Shown here in pieces: positions 55,409 through 64,000 of a stretch of 64,000 nucleotides of DNA. The notes beneath the pieces are model-generated. The model was not told the DNA's origin. It searched no databases and was given only the letters and a program-made list of their open reading frames with translations. The position numbers and the translations under genes were made by a program. Where the stretch lies: NCBI GenBank assembly GCA_965649125.1, contig CBFGJO010000001.1:49767-113766 (forward strand), read 5' to 3'. The stretch comes from a candidate division WOR-3 bacterium (GTDB lineage: Bacteria > Hydrothermota > Hydrothermia > Hydrothermales > Hydrothermaceae). The stretch's first letter is position 1, and each line of letters opens with the position of its first letter.

Positions 55409-56281
55409 ATGAACTTATTGGCAATTTTTTTATTATGTATTTTTGAAGCGGGAAACAGTTCTTTGGTTTTTCTTAAAAACTTAAAGGATGCACAGGATAT
55501 TGCGCTTGGGGAGACGGGAGTGGCATTACCCTGTGATGCTTTGAGTTTTCTCTCAAATCCTGCTTTACTTGCCGGTGTAAAAAAATATGAAGCCTCATTT
55601 TACAGTGCCCTTTTGTGGGATAATATAAAAGAGGAATTTGTAGTATTTGCAGGAAGAACCCCTTATTTTAGTTATGGAATTGCCTTCAATTATCTCAATT
55701 ATGGAGAAATTGAGAGAAGGGATACTTTTGGTTTCAAAACAGGCTCTTTTACCCCTTATGATCTTGCCATTCATCTTGGGTTTGCAAGGAATTTCTCAAA
55801 ATTTTTAAAACTCGGATTTTCTTTCGGATATGCACAGGAAGAAATAGATAAAGAGAGAGGAAGTTCAATTCTTTTTTCCTTTGGAGGAAAATATATTTTA
55901 GAGAAAAATCCTTCTTTTAAATTTGGTTTTTCAATACTCAATTTAGGGTCGTCTCTTAAGTTTGCAGAGAAGTCCTTTTTACCCCCTTTTATTTTAAAAT
56001 TAGGCACTTTTTATAAAAAATTACAATCTCCTTATCTTTTATCAGCGGAAATTGCTTTCCCCTTTGATGATATCCCTTATATTTCTATGGGTGGTGGATA
56101 TAAAATAAAGGATATATTTGAAATAAGGGGAGGCTTTAAAAGTTCATTTGATACAGGAATTATTTCAGCTTTTAGATTAGGTTTTGGTCTTGAGTTTCCA
56201 TTTTTAATTATTGATTATGCTTTTACTCCACAGGGGGTTCTTGGATTTACCCATCACATAGATTTGAAATTTAGAATTTAA
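55409..56281 (+). CDS. Outer-membrane beta-barrel protein, PorP/SprF (or PorV/PorQ)-like T9SS-associated component
   Basis: Signal peptide, NPA-containing N-region (LSNPALLAG), alternating hydrophobic beta-strand pattern to a C-terminal ...HIDLKFRI (terminal aromatic-x-aromatic). Lies directly downstream of a T9SS cargo gene, as sprF/porP genes typically do. Confidence 0.45.
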   Translation: MNLLAIFLLCIFEAGNSSLVFLKNLKDAQDIALGETGVALPCDALSFLSNPALLAGVKKYEASFYSALLWDNIKEEFVVFAGRTPYFSYGIAFNYLNYGEIERRDTFGFKTGSFTPYDLAIHLGFARNFSKFLKLGFSFGYAQEEIDKERGSSILFSFGGKYILEKNPSFKFGFSILNLGSSLKFAEKSFLPPFILKLGTFYKKLQSPYLLSAEIAFPFDDIPYISMGGGYKIKDIFEIRGGFKSSFDTGIISAFRLGFGLEFPFLIIDYAFTPQGVLGFTHHIDLKFRI

Positions 56282-56284
56282 TAA

Positions 56285-56313
56285 TTGACAAATAATTTTT
56301 TTTTCTTTATAAT
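56285..56313 (+). promoter_or_regulatory. Sigma-70 consensus-like promoter (TTGACA-17 nt-TATAAT) upstream of hup
   Basis: TTGACA at 56285-56290, exact 17-nt spacer, TATAAT at 56308-56313, followed by RBS AAGGAGA and ATG at 56344. Confidence 0.45.
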
Positions 56314-56343
56314 TAAAACCTATATATAAAAAAGGAGATTTAA

Positions 56344-56613
56344 ATGACAAAGGCAAAACTCTTAGAAATAATAAATGAGAAAACAGGTTTTCCTAAAAGG
56401 GATATCGCTTTGATAATTGATACGATGATTGATGCGATAAAGGATACACTTAATAAAAAAGAAAGGGTCATTTTAAAAGGATTCGGAATATTTAAAGTAA
56501 AAAAGAGAAAACAAAGGGTTGGAAGAAATCCAAAGACAAAAAAAGAAGTTATAATACCAGAAAGATATGTTGTTGTTTTTGAACCAGCAAAAGAAATAAA
56601 AGTTATAAAATAA
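56344..56613 (+). CDS. hup: HU/IHF-family nucleoid-associated DNA-binding protein
   Basis: 89 aa. ...ERVILKGFGIFKVKKRKQRVGRNPKTKKEVIIPERYVVVFEPAKE is the canonical HU arm (R-N-P-x-T). Confidence 0.9.
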   Translation: MTKAKLLEIINEKTGFPKRDIALIIDTMIDAIKDTLNKKERVILKGFGIFKVKKRKQRVGRNPKTKKEVIIPERYVVVFEPAKEIKVIK

Positions 56614-56625
56614 AAGGAGGTGATT

Positions 56626-56715
56626 ATGCCCTGCGGAAGAAAGAGAAAAAGAAAGAAAATTAAAAGACATAAATTTAAAAAGAGAAGGAAAAGGGAAAGA
56701 CATAAAAAGAAATAA
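56626..56715 (+). CDS. Micro-ORF encoding a 29-aa polybasic peptide (MPCGRKRKRKKIKRHKFKKRRKRERHKKK); not in the ORF track
   Basis: ATG preceded by AAGGAGGTGAT with 7-nt spacing. Uninterrupted 29 codons ending TAA at 56713-56715. The next gene's TTG start follows 3 nt later. Confidence 0.4.
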   Translation: MPCGRKRKRKKIKRHKFKKRRKRERHKKK

Positions 56716-56718
56716 AAT

Positions 56719-57210
56719 TTGAGAATTATCGTAATCTCTGATACTCATATTCCAAGAAGAAAAAAAGAAATTCCTTCTTTAATTTTAAAAGAGATAGAAA
56801 AAAGTGATTTAGTAATACATGCTGGTGATTTTACAAACTTAGAAACTGTTAAATTATTAGAAAGTTTAAATAGATTTTATGGAGTTGCTGGGAATATGGA
56901 TGAAAAAGAAGTATGGGAATATTTACCTGAAAAAAGAATAATTGAGATTGAAAACAAAAGGATTGGAATAATACATGGATTTGGACCACCTATAGGAATT
57001 GAAGGTAAAATTTTAAAAAAATTTGAAGGAGAAAATTTAGATATAATAGTATATGGGCATACTCATAGAGCAAGCATTAAAAATTATAAAAATGTTTTAC
57101 TTTTAAATCCGGGGAGTGCAGGTGATAAAATATTTTCTTTTAAGAGAACATATATGATTCTTGAAATTTGTAAAGAAGTTAATGTGAAAATCTTTGAAAT
57201 AAAGGATTGA
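56719..57210 (+). CDS. YfcE/MJ0936-family metallophosphoesterase
   Basis: MRIIVISDTH, HAGD and GHTHR are the calcineurin-like phosphoesterase motifs I, II and V. 163 aa. Apparent TTG start. Confidence 0.75.
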   Translation: MRIIVISDTHIPRRKKEIPSLILKEIEKSDLVIHAGDFTNLETVKLLESLNRFYGVAGNMDEKEVWEYLPEKRIIEIENKRIGIIHGFGPPIGIEGKILKKFEGENLDIIVYGHTHRASIKNYKNVLLLNPGSAGDKIFSFKRTYMILEICKEVNVKIFEIKD

Positions 57211-57237
57211 GAGTTATTTAAAGATGGAATATAGAAA

Positions 57238-58659
57238 CTAATCTAAATTAAATACTATAAGTTTTATTTCTGAAAATTCTTTAAATGCAAAATGAGGTCC
57301 TTCTCTTCCTATTCCGCTTCCTTTAACCCCTCCATATGGCATCAAATCAACCCTATAAGTGGGTACATCATTTATGATTATACCTCCAACTTCTATCTCT
57401 TTAAAAAATCTAAATGCCCTTATTATATCTTTTGTAAATATACCACATTGCAAACCGTATATTGAATTATTTACTTTGAATATAGCCTCTTCTTCATTTT
57501 CAAAGGGGTTTATCACAACAAGTGGAGCAAAGACTTCTTTTTGACATACCTTTAAATCCTCATTTGCATTTCTAACAACGCATGGGTATAAAATACTTCC
57601 TTCCCTTTTTATTTCCGGCAAAACTTCTGCTCCATTTTCTTGCGCTTCTTTAAGCCATGTTTCTGCTCTTATTGCATTTGCTTCATCTATCATAGGACCA
57701 ACATCTGTTTCTTCATTTAATGGGTCACCTACTTTTAAATTCTTGACCCTTTCAAGATATTTTTGACAGAATTCCTCGTATATTTCTTTTTCAACATAGA
57801 TTCTCTGGAGAGAAATACATACCTGTCCTGCAAGTGCATAAGCACCTTTAATCATCCTGTCTAAATATTTTTCCCATTCAGAATCTTTAAAAACAACACA
57901 TGCTGAGTTTGAGCCAAGTTCAAGTGTAATCCTTTTCATCTTTGCAATCCTTGATATTCTTTCTCCAACTTCAAGAGAGCCCGTAAAACTTATTTTCTTA
58001 ATATACTCATTTTTAACAATACTTTCACCAACAATACTTCCAGAACCTGTTAAAAATGCGATACTTTCAGGAGGAAGTCCTGCTTCAAGGAAAACTTCAA
58101 CAATCATCTTCCCTGTTTTTGGGGTATAACTTGCTGGTTTGAAAACTATGCTATTTCCACATCCAATTGCAGGTGCTATTTTATGTAATGCAAGATTAAG
58201 TGGAAAATTAAAAGGAGTTATAATTCCAACAACTCCAAGTGGTTCCCTTATATAAAATCCTATTCTTTTTTCACCATATTTTGATGAATCAAGTGGAACA
58301 ACTTCTTCATTATAACTTTTTGTTTCAACATAAGAATAATTAAGTGTTTCAATTCCCCTTTCTACTTCAAGGCGGGCTTCCTTTATCGTTTTCCCGCATT
58401 CAAGTGAAATAGTTCTTGCAAATTCTTCCTTTCTCTTTTCAATTATCTTTTTTGCATTCTCAAGAATTTCTGCTCTTTTATATTTTGGTATTCCCTTTAT
58501 TATCCTTTTATTTTTCTCAAGAAAATCAATTGCCCTGTTTACATCTTTTTCTTCTAAAGATGGGAATTTCCATAAAGTTTTCCCATTATAAGGATGTTTA
58601 ACTTCAAAATAATTTTCTCCTTTTTCCCATTTTCCACATATAAAAACTTTTTCTTCCAT
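57238..58659 (-). CDS. NAD(P)-dependent aldehyde dehydrogenase
   Basis: ALDH Glu motif LELGSNSA and catalytic Cys motif GQVCISLQR. 473 aa. Confidence 0.85.
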   Translation of the reverse strand: MEEKVFICGKWEKGENYFEVKHPYNGKTLWKFPSLEEKDVNRAIDFLEKNKRIIKGIPKYKRAEILENAKKIIEKRKEEFARTISLECGKTIKEARLEVERGIETLNYSYVETKSYNEEVVPLDSSKYGEKRIGFYIREPLGVVGIITPFNFPLNLALHKIAPAIGCGNSIVFKPASYTPKTGKMIVEVFLEAGLPPESIAFLTGSGSIVGESIVKNEYIKKISFTGSLEVGERISRIAKMKRITLELGSNSACVVFKDSEWEKYLDRMIKGAYALAGQVCISLQRIYVEKEIYEEFCQKYLERVKNLKVGDPLNEETDVGPMIDEANAIRAETWLKEAQENGAEVLPEIKREGSILYPCVVRNANEDLKVCQKEVFAPLVVINPFENEEEAIFKVNNSIYGLQCGIFTKDIIRAFRFFKEIEVGGIIINDVPTYRVDLMPYGGVKGSGIGREGPHFAFKEFSEIKLIVFNLD

Positions 58660-58660
58660 T

Positions 58661-59923
58661 TTAAAATTTACTTTCTGTCATCGCCTTTAAAAATTCCTCA
58701 TTTGTTTTATAAAGCTTCATCTTCTGAAGTAAAAATTCCATTGATTCGTCAGGTGTCATATCAGAAAGTATCTTCCTCAATATCCATATTTTATTTAAAA
58801 CATTCTGAGAGAGTAAAAGTTCCTCTCTTCTTGTTCCGGACCTCTTTAAATCCATTGCAGGAAAAATCCTTTTATCAGATAATTTCCTATCAAGAATTAT
58901 TTCCATATTCCCTGTGCCTTTGAATTCTTCATAAATAACATCATCCATTCTTGAACCTGTTTCTATCAAACAAGTTGCAATTATTGTAAGGCTCCCTCCA
59001 TTTTCAATATTCCTTGCTGAACCAAAGAATTTTTTTGGCATATGAAGTGCTGTTGCATCAAGTCCTCCTGACATTGTCCTTCCTGAATGAGGGGCTAAAA
59101 CATTGTATGCCCTTGTCATCCTTGTTAAAGAGTCAAGAAGAATTGCAACATCCTCACCAAGTTCTACCATCCTTTTTGCTTTTTCTAATACAATCTGTGA
59201 TACCTGAGCATGTCTTTCAGCAGGTTCATCAAAGGTAGAACTTATTATTTCAGCATCAACCTTTCTTTTCCAGTCAGTAACTTCTTCAGGTCTTTCATCA
59301 ATTAAAAGAATAATTAAATAAACTTCTGGATGATTTTTCTTTATACTCTTTGCAATTTCTTGAAGCAAAACAGTTTTTCCAGCCCTTGGAGGAGAAACAA
59401 TAAGTCCCCTCTGCCCTTTACCAATTGGTGTAAACAGGTCAACAACTCTCATTGAAAAATTCTCTTCCCCTTCCCTTTCAAGTTTGAATTTCTCTTCTGG
59501 AAAGAAAGGAACCAAATCATCAAAAAAAGGTCTTTTCTTTATCTCTTCTGGTGACCTTCCATTTATACTCTCAATTTTAACAAGCGCAGGATATTTGCCA
59601 TCCATTTCAGTTGGAACTTTTATAAGACCCGCAACCCTATCACCTGTCTTCAAATTAAATCTTTTTATCTGTGAAAGAGAAACATAAACATCTTCTGGTC
59701 CTTGAAGATAATTGTTCTTAGGGGACCTTAAAAAGCCATAACCCTCTGGATGAATTTCAAGTATTCCCTCTCTAAAATCAGCGCCTTCCTTTTTAGCCAT
59801 CTGTTTCATTATCTCATAAACAAGTTCCTCTTTCTTCATATTACTTATTGCTTTTATCCCCATCTCCTTCGCTATTTCTATCAATTCTTGCATCTTTTTC
59901 TCTTTTAATTCCAAAAGTTCCAT
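58661..59923 (-). CDS. rho: Transcription termination factor Rho
   Basis: N-terminal domain [25 protein letters not shown]-fold RNA-binding region [14 protein letters not shown], Walker [13 protein letters not shown]. 420 aa. Confidence 0.9.
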   Translation of the reverse strand: MELLELKEKKMQELIEIAKEMGIKAISNMKKEELVYEIMKQMAKKEGADFREGILEIHPEGYGFLRSPKNNYLQGPEDVYVSLSQIKRFNLKTGDRVAGLIKVPTEMDGKYPALVKIESINGRSPEEIKKRPFFDDLVPFFPEEKFKLEREGEENFSMRVVDLFTPIGKGQRGLIVSPPRAGKTVLLQEIAKSIKKNHPEVYLIILLIDERPEEVTDWKRKVDAEIISSTFDEPAERHAQVSQIVLEKAKRMVELGEDVAILLDSLTRMTRAYNVLAPHSGRTMSGGLDATALHMPKKFFGSARNIENGGSLTIIATCLIETGSRMDDVIYEEFKGTGNMEIILDRKLSDKRIFPAMDLKRSGTRREELLLSQNVLNKIWILRKILSDMTPDESMEFLLQKMKLYKTNEEFLKAMTESKF

Positions 59924-59932
59924 ATAAACCCC

Positions 59933-60592
59933 CTAAAGCATTTTTGTTCCATTTATAATTAGTTCAAATTTTAAGCCAAGATATTTTGACGCCTTTGATG
60001 CAACAAGCATTCTTTCCATAAAAATTTCAAAATATTCAAAAACTGGTGAAATCTTTGTATCAATTTCAATATTAAAAGTTATTTTCTTTCTTTTTGGATA
60101 AATTATTACTTCTGAAGACTTTGCAGAATAATTAACTCTATCATGGATATCATTTACAATATCTTTTCTTTTTCTTACCCTCTCTCTATGCACATCTGAT
60201 TTATCTGCTATTATTAAAGCAGCACATGCAGAAGAAACAGGTATTCCTTCTTCTTCATGATGATTTCCGATCGCCATTGCAACCTCTAAAGCATCTTCTA
60301 ATGGAACTCCTTTTTTTAAAAGCAAACTATAAGCAAGCAATGCACCGGTTAAAGCATGTTTATCCCTATTAATTGCATTTCCTATATCATGTAAAAGACC
60401 TGAAAATTCTGCAATTCTGCAAATCCTTTCATCATAGGATAATTTTCTCAAAATTTCTCCTGCTGTTTTTGCTACATATTTAGCGTGTCTTAAACCATGT
60501 TCTGTATAACCAAGAACTTCAAGATGTTTATCAGCAGCATTTATGTAACTCAAAACCTCCTTATCATTCAAAAGGAAATCAAGATCTATCAT
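59933..60592 (-). CDS. HD-domain phosphohydrolase
   Basis: H...HD motif ...GLRHAKYV...LLHDIGN and a downstream D. 219 aa. Confidence 0.65.
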   Translation of the reverse strand: MIDLDFLLNDKEVLSYINAADKHLEVLGYTEHGLRHAKYVAKTAGEILRKLSYDERICRIAEFSGLLHDIGNAINRDKHALTGALLAYSLLLKKGVPLEDALEVAMAIGNHHEEEGIPVSSACAALIIADKSDVHRERVRKRKDIVNDIHDRVNYSAKSSEVIIYPKRKKITFNIEIDTKISPVFEYFEIFMERMLVASKASKYLGLKFELIINGTKML

Positions 60593-63162
60593 TTTATTCT
60601 TTCCCTTATTTTTTCAATAAGAATTTTAATTCCTTCTTTTATCTTATTTATATCTCCACCTGCGCCTTCTCCTTTTTCTTCATTACCCCCTCCTTTTGCA
60701 CCTGTGATATTACAGAATTCTTTTAAAAGTTCATTTGCTTTTAAAAAAGGAATTAATTCTTCACCAATCCTTGTGAAAAATACCATCCTTTGATTTTCTT
60801 CCCCGATTAAAAAAGAGATTCTTTTCCCTCTATTTTTTAAAAATATCCTATCAGAAACCTTTTTTAAAATTTTTAAATTAAGAGAAGGTAAATTTTCTAT
60901 ATAAATTTCAAAATCTTTAATTTTTACTGGATTTAAACTCTCAAAGACTTTCTGGGCAAGTATATCTTCAATCCTTTCTTTTTGTTTTTGGACTTCGTCT
61001 TTTTCCTTTTTAAATTTTTCCAATTTTGAAATAAGGTTTTGAGGAGGGGAAAGAAAAAGTTCAGAGAGTTCTTTAACTATTTTCTCTCTTTCCTGAAAAA
61101 TATTAAATGCCTTTTCTCCTGTAAGAGCCTCTATTCTTCTTATTCCTCCTCCAACACTTTCTTCTTTTATTATCTTAAAGAGGCCTATTTCACCTGTAAA
61201 ATCTACATGTGTTCCTCCACACAGTTCCTTTGAAAATCCTTCAATTTCAACAACCCTTACAATTTCACCATACTTTTCACCAAAAAGTGCAATTGCTCCT
61301 TCCTCTTTTGCTTCTTTAAATTTTTTATATTCCCACTTAACTTTCCTGTTTTCTCTTATTTTTTCGTTGATATAATTCTCAATTTTTCTTAAAATATTTT
61401 CATTAATTTTTTCAAAATGGGTGAAATCAAACCTCAATCTATCAGGCTCAACAACCGAACCTTCCTGTCTTACATGTTCACCGATAAACTCTCTTAAAGT
61501 ATTATGCAAAAGATGGGTTCCTGTATGAGCCCTTTTACAACCTAATCTTTTATTCAAATCAATTTTTGCCTTAACTTTAATATTTCCTATTTTACCCTTT
61601 TTTAACTCTCCAACATGAACAATATCATCAAAAAACCATTTTGTATCATCAACAACAAATAAAAAGTCCTCACCTTCTAAAATCCCACTATCTCCTATCT
61701 GTCCGCCTCCTTCAGGATAAAAAGGAGTCTTATCAAGAACAATTTCATATTTACCATCTTTTCTTTCCCTGTACTTTATTATTTCACCCTCACATTCATT
61801 TAAATAATATCCAACAAACTCAGTTTTCCCCTCTTTAAAAACTATCCATTTCTCACCCATATCCATAAATACTTCTTCTTTTTTTGAAATTTCCCTCTGT
61901 CTTTCCAATTCTTTTTCAAAACCTTCAATATCAAGTTTTAAATCCTCATCCTCTGCATATTCTTCAATAAAATCAACTGGAAAGCCATAAGTATCATAGA
62001 GTTTAAAAATGTCTTTTCCAGAAATTATTCCTTTATCCTTTGAATTTTCAATCACTTCTTTTAAATAAATTAGATTCTTTGAAAGGGTATTCAAAAATCT
62101 TTCCTCTTCCGATTTAATTAAAACACCAGAAAACTCTTTTTTATCATAAACTTCGGGATAAACCTTCTCAAATATCTTTACAACAGAAGGAACAAGTTTA
62201 TATAAAAAGGGCTCTTCAAATTTAAGTTTTTGTGAAAACCTCAATGCCCTTCTTAAAATTTTCCTTAAAACATAACCTCTTCCAAAGTTTGAAGGATAAA
62301 CACCGTCACTTATTGCAAATGTTAATGCCCTTATATGGTCAGAAATTACATTGAATGGAATCTTTGCACTTTTATAAGGTCTATTGAATATCTTTTCAAG
62401 TTCCTTTATTATTGGATAAAACACATCTGTTTCATAGTTTGATTCTCTATTTTGTAATACAAGTAAAGTTCTTTCAAGCCCCATTCCTGTATCAACTCCT
62501 CTATTTTTCAAAGGGAGTAGAGTCCCATCTTCCTGCATATCGTATTGAGGAAAAACAAGATTCCAGAATTCTATAAATCTATCACAATCGCATCCGGGTG
62601 CACAACTTTCTTTTCCACATCCAAAATCTTCTCCTAAATCATAATATATTTCAGTTGATGGACCACATGCACCTGTTTTACCAGCAGGTCCCCAGAAATT
62701 ATCCTCTTTACCCAGTTTATATATCCTTTTTTCACTCAAGCCTATTTTTTTATTCCATATTTTAAAAGATTCTTCATCCTCATAATAAACAGAAACAAAG
62801 AGTTTTTCTTTATCCATTCCAAGAACTTCTATTAAAAATTCCCATGCCCAACTTATTGCCTCTTCTTTAAAATAATCACCAAATGAAAAATTGCCAAGCA
62901 TTTCAAAGAAAGTATGATGTCTTAAAGTTTTACCAACTTTTTCTAAATCTGTAACTCTCAAACATTTTTGGCAACTTGCTGCCCTTTTAAAAGGCAAAGG
63001 AACTGCACCAGAATAAAGGGGTTTAAATTGAACCATCCCAGCAGTTGTAAATAGAAGAGTCGGGTCATCCTTTGGAATGAGTGAAGAAGATGGCACAATT
63101 CTATGCCCTTTTTCTTCAAAGAATTTTAGATAAGATTCTCTTAATTTATGGGAATCAAACAT
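60589..63162 (-). CDS. alaS: Alanyl-tRNA synthetase
   Basis: N-terminus ...FFEEKGHRIVPSSSLIP.DDPTLLFTTAGMVQFKP is class II AlaRS motif 1. Editing-domain HxxxH/CxxxH region (HTGTHLLH, CGGTHV). 857 aa. Confidence 0.95.
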   Translation of the reverse strand: MFDSHKLRESYLKFFEEKGHRIVPSSSLIPKDDPTLLFTTAGMVQFKPLYSGAVPLPFKRAASCQKCLRVTDLEKVGKTLRHHTFFEMLGNFSFGDYFKEEAISWAWEFLIEVLGMDKEKLFVSVYYEDEESFKIWNKKIGLSEKRIYKLGKEDNFWGPAGKTGACGPSTEIYYDLGEDFGCGKESCAPGCDCDRFIEFWNLVFPQYDMQEDGTLLPLKNRGVDTGMGLERTLLVLQNRESNYETDVFYPIIKELEKIFNRPYKSAKIPFNVISDHIRALTFAISDGVYPSNFGRGYVLRKILRRALRFSQKLKFEEPFLYKLVPSVVKIFEKVYPEVYDKKEFSGVLIKSEEERFLNTLSKNLIYLKEVIENSKDKGIISGKDIFKLYDTYGFPVDFIEEYAEDEDLKLDIEGFEKELERQREISKKEEVFMDMGEKWIVFKEGKTEFVGYYLNECEGEIIKYRERKDGKYEIVLDKTPFYPEGGGQIGDSGILEGEDFLFVVDDTKWFFDDIVHVGELKKGKIGNIKVKAKIDLNKRLGCKRAHTGTHLLHNTLREFIGEHVRQEGSVVEPDRLRFDFTHFEKINENILRKIENYINEKIRENRKVKWEYKKFKEAKEEGAIALFGEKYGEIVRVVEIEGFSKELCGGTHVDFTGEIGLFKIIKEESVGGGIRRIEALTGEKAFNIFQEREKIVKELSELFLSPPQNLISKLEKFKKEKDEVQKQKERIEDILAQKVFESLNPVKIKDFEIYIENLPSLNLKILKKVSDRIFLKNRGKRISFLIGEENQRMVFFTRIGEELIPFLKANELLKEFCNITGAKGGGNEEKGEGAGGDINKIKEGIKILIEKIRERIK

Positions 63163-63172
63163 AGTTTTAAAA

Positions 63173-63245
63173 AGCGGGAGACGGGATTTGAACCCGCGAC
63201 CCCTACCTTGGCAAGGTAGCGCTCTACCGGCTGAGCTACTCCCGC
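63173..63245 (-). tRNA. tRNA-Gly (anticodon GCC)
   Basis: Reverse complement GCGGGAGTAGCTCAGCCGGTAGAGCGCTACCTTGCCAAGGTAGGGGTCGCGGGTTCAAATCCCGTCTCCCGC + U73: acceptor 7 bp, loop UUGCCAA, T-loop GGTTCAAAT. The 65-aa ORF track entry over this interval is spurious. Confidence 0.88.
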
Positions 63246-63294
63246 AAAAAGAAAATTTAAAGAATTAATATTATACAAGAAAATAGCCATTTTG

Positions 63295-64000
63295 TCAATT
63301 TTTATTTGGTTCAAAAACTCTGTCCATAAATCCAACAATTAGAAAATTTATCCAAAAAATTATAAACAAAATATAATCTGGCATTTTTTCAAAAATTATC
63401 GCTTCCAGTGAAAAAAGAATGGAGAGGATAGAAAGGATAAAAAGGGTTTTTCTCTGAGAATTAATCTTTTTTAAAATTCTATAATGGATGTGAAGCATAT
63501 CAGGCTCAAATATGCTCCTTTTATAAAAAATTCTTCTTAAAACAACCCATATCATATCTGAAATTGGTAAAGAAAGAATTAATACACACTGGATAGGTTT
63601 TACATTTCCCAAATTTCCTTTTGCTGATAGAACAGAAACCAAAGTCATAAAGGAACCAATAAAAAGGCTTCCAGCATCTCCTAAAAAAATTTTTGCAGGA
63701 GGGAAATTATAAAATAAAAAGCCTAAAGAAGCACCTGCTAAACCTGTTGAAAGATAAGATAAATAAAAATTAGAATTTTTATAATTCAAAAAAGCAAAGG
63801 TAAGGGAGGAAATAAAAGAAACAGTTGCTAAAAGCCCATCCATCCCATCTATTAAGTTAAAGGAGTTTACAAGAGAGGTAATAGCAAATGATGAGAATAT
63901 CAAAGAAATTATAAAATCCATCTTAATATTTCCAAATCCTAAAAGATTTCCAAGTTCTTTAACTTTTAAAGGAGTTAATATAAAAAATATTAAAACAACA
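63295..64000 (-). CDS. MraY/WecA-family polyprenyl-phosphate N-acetylhexosamine-1-phosphate transferase (GT4-family membrane enzyme), 5' end outside the window
   Basis: Motifs NLIDGMDGL and ...FLGDAGS. The reading frame stays open upstream of the annotated Met (...LLGFGNIKMDFII), so the gene probably starts beyond 64000. Confidence 0.65.
   Translation of the reverse strand, partial: VVLIFFILTPLKVKELGNLLGFGNIKMDFIISLIFSSFAITSLVNSFNLIDGMDGLLATVSFISSLTFAFLNYKNSNFYLSYLSTGLAGASLGFLFYNFPPAKIFLGDAGSLFIGSFMTLVSVLSAKGNLGNVKPIQCVLILSLPISDMIWVVLRRIFYKRSIFEPDMLHIHYRILKKINSQRKTLFILSILSILFSLEAIIFEKMPDYILFIIFWINFLIVGFMDRVFEPNKN

Noticed and set aside
63141-63338. 65-aa minus-strand ORF.
   Set aside because: Translates straight through tRNA-Gly(GCC) (AGVAQPVERYLAKVGVAGSNP is tRNA sequence). 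Spurious.
1-64000. CRISPR arrays or other interspersed direct repeats.
   Set aside because: No non-coding stretch longer than about 180 nt exists. The only repetitive DNA I see is coding low complexity (poly-Lys/Glu codons) and the shared acceptor/T-arm segments of the two tRNA-Leu genes.
1-64000. Mobile elements (transposase, integrase, phage genes) and toxin-antitoxin pairs.
   Set aside because: No ORF shows DDE, tyrosine or serine recombinase, terminase or capsid motifs. The 70-aa RHH protein at 28326-28538 has no adjacent toxin-like partner (its neighbour is the large GT-C-like membrane protein), so a TA call is unsupported.

Overview
The window is a gene-dense stretch of chromosome from a very AT-rich bacterium whose proteins are Lys/Glu/Ile-rich. 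There are almost no intergenic gaps, genes often join by 4-nt ATGA overlaps, and there are very long same-strand gene strings (5777..22465 and 36755..52821, almost all minus strand). Two proteins carry C-terminal sorting domains of the type IX secretion system (T9SS), and there is a PorP/SprF-like barrel and a giant outer-membrane protein, so I infer an uncultivated member of the Bacteroidota-related (FCB) lineages.

Recognisable housekeeping genes are nadE with a separate glutaminase ORF, an SMC-like ATPase, nth, a fragment of the spc/secY ribosomal cluster (rpsE-rpmD-rplO-secY-adk-map-infA), trpD, hutI-like, nadC, lspA, a DksA/TraR zinc-finger gene, ileS, an RsmB/F-type methyltransferase, hup, rho, alaS, tRNA-Leu(CAA), tRNA-Leu(GAG), tRNA-Gly(GCC) and a partial WecA/MraY-family transferase at the 3' edge.

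Accessory content includes:
- a roughly 9.5 kb minus-strand operon joining two acidic tetratricopeptide-repeat (TPR) proteins and an ExeA/MshM-type AAA ATPase to a PHP phosphoesterase, a Wzx-like flippase, a polytopic membrane protein, a GT4 glycosyltransferase and a GNAT/Fem-like protein;
- a fusion of a low-molecular-weight phosphatase (ArsC-like) domain with a NUDIX hydrolase, transcribed at the tail of the secY operon;
- an anti-sigma / membrane protein / ECF sigma operon bracketed by two tRNA-Leu genes;
- a 1796-aa predicted outer-membrane barrel with thrombospondin-type-3 (TSP3)-like calcium-binding repeats, a candidate SprA/Sov;
- a NYN-domain gene, a T9SS-sorted sialidase-like propeller and a PorP/SprF-like barrel in series;
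- a 29-codon polybasic micro-ORF with a perfect Shine-Dalgarno sequence after hup, not in the ORF track.

I found no CRISPR array, no transposase or integrase, and no rRNA. No single obviously novel multi-gene defense system stands out. The strongest candidates for something undescribed are the TPR-ATPase-glycan operon, the phosphatase-NUDIX fusion, the polybasic micro-ORF and the large membrane-anchored coiled-coil protein. All functional calls rest on motifs I recognise by eye, and none has been checked against a database.
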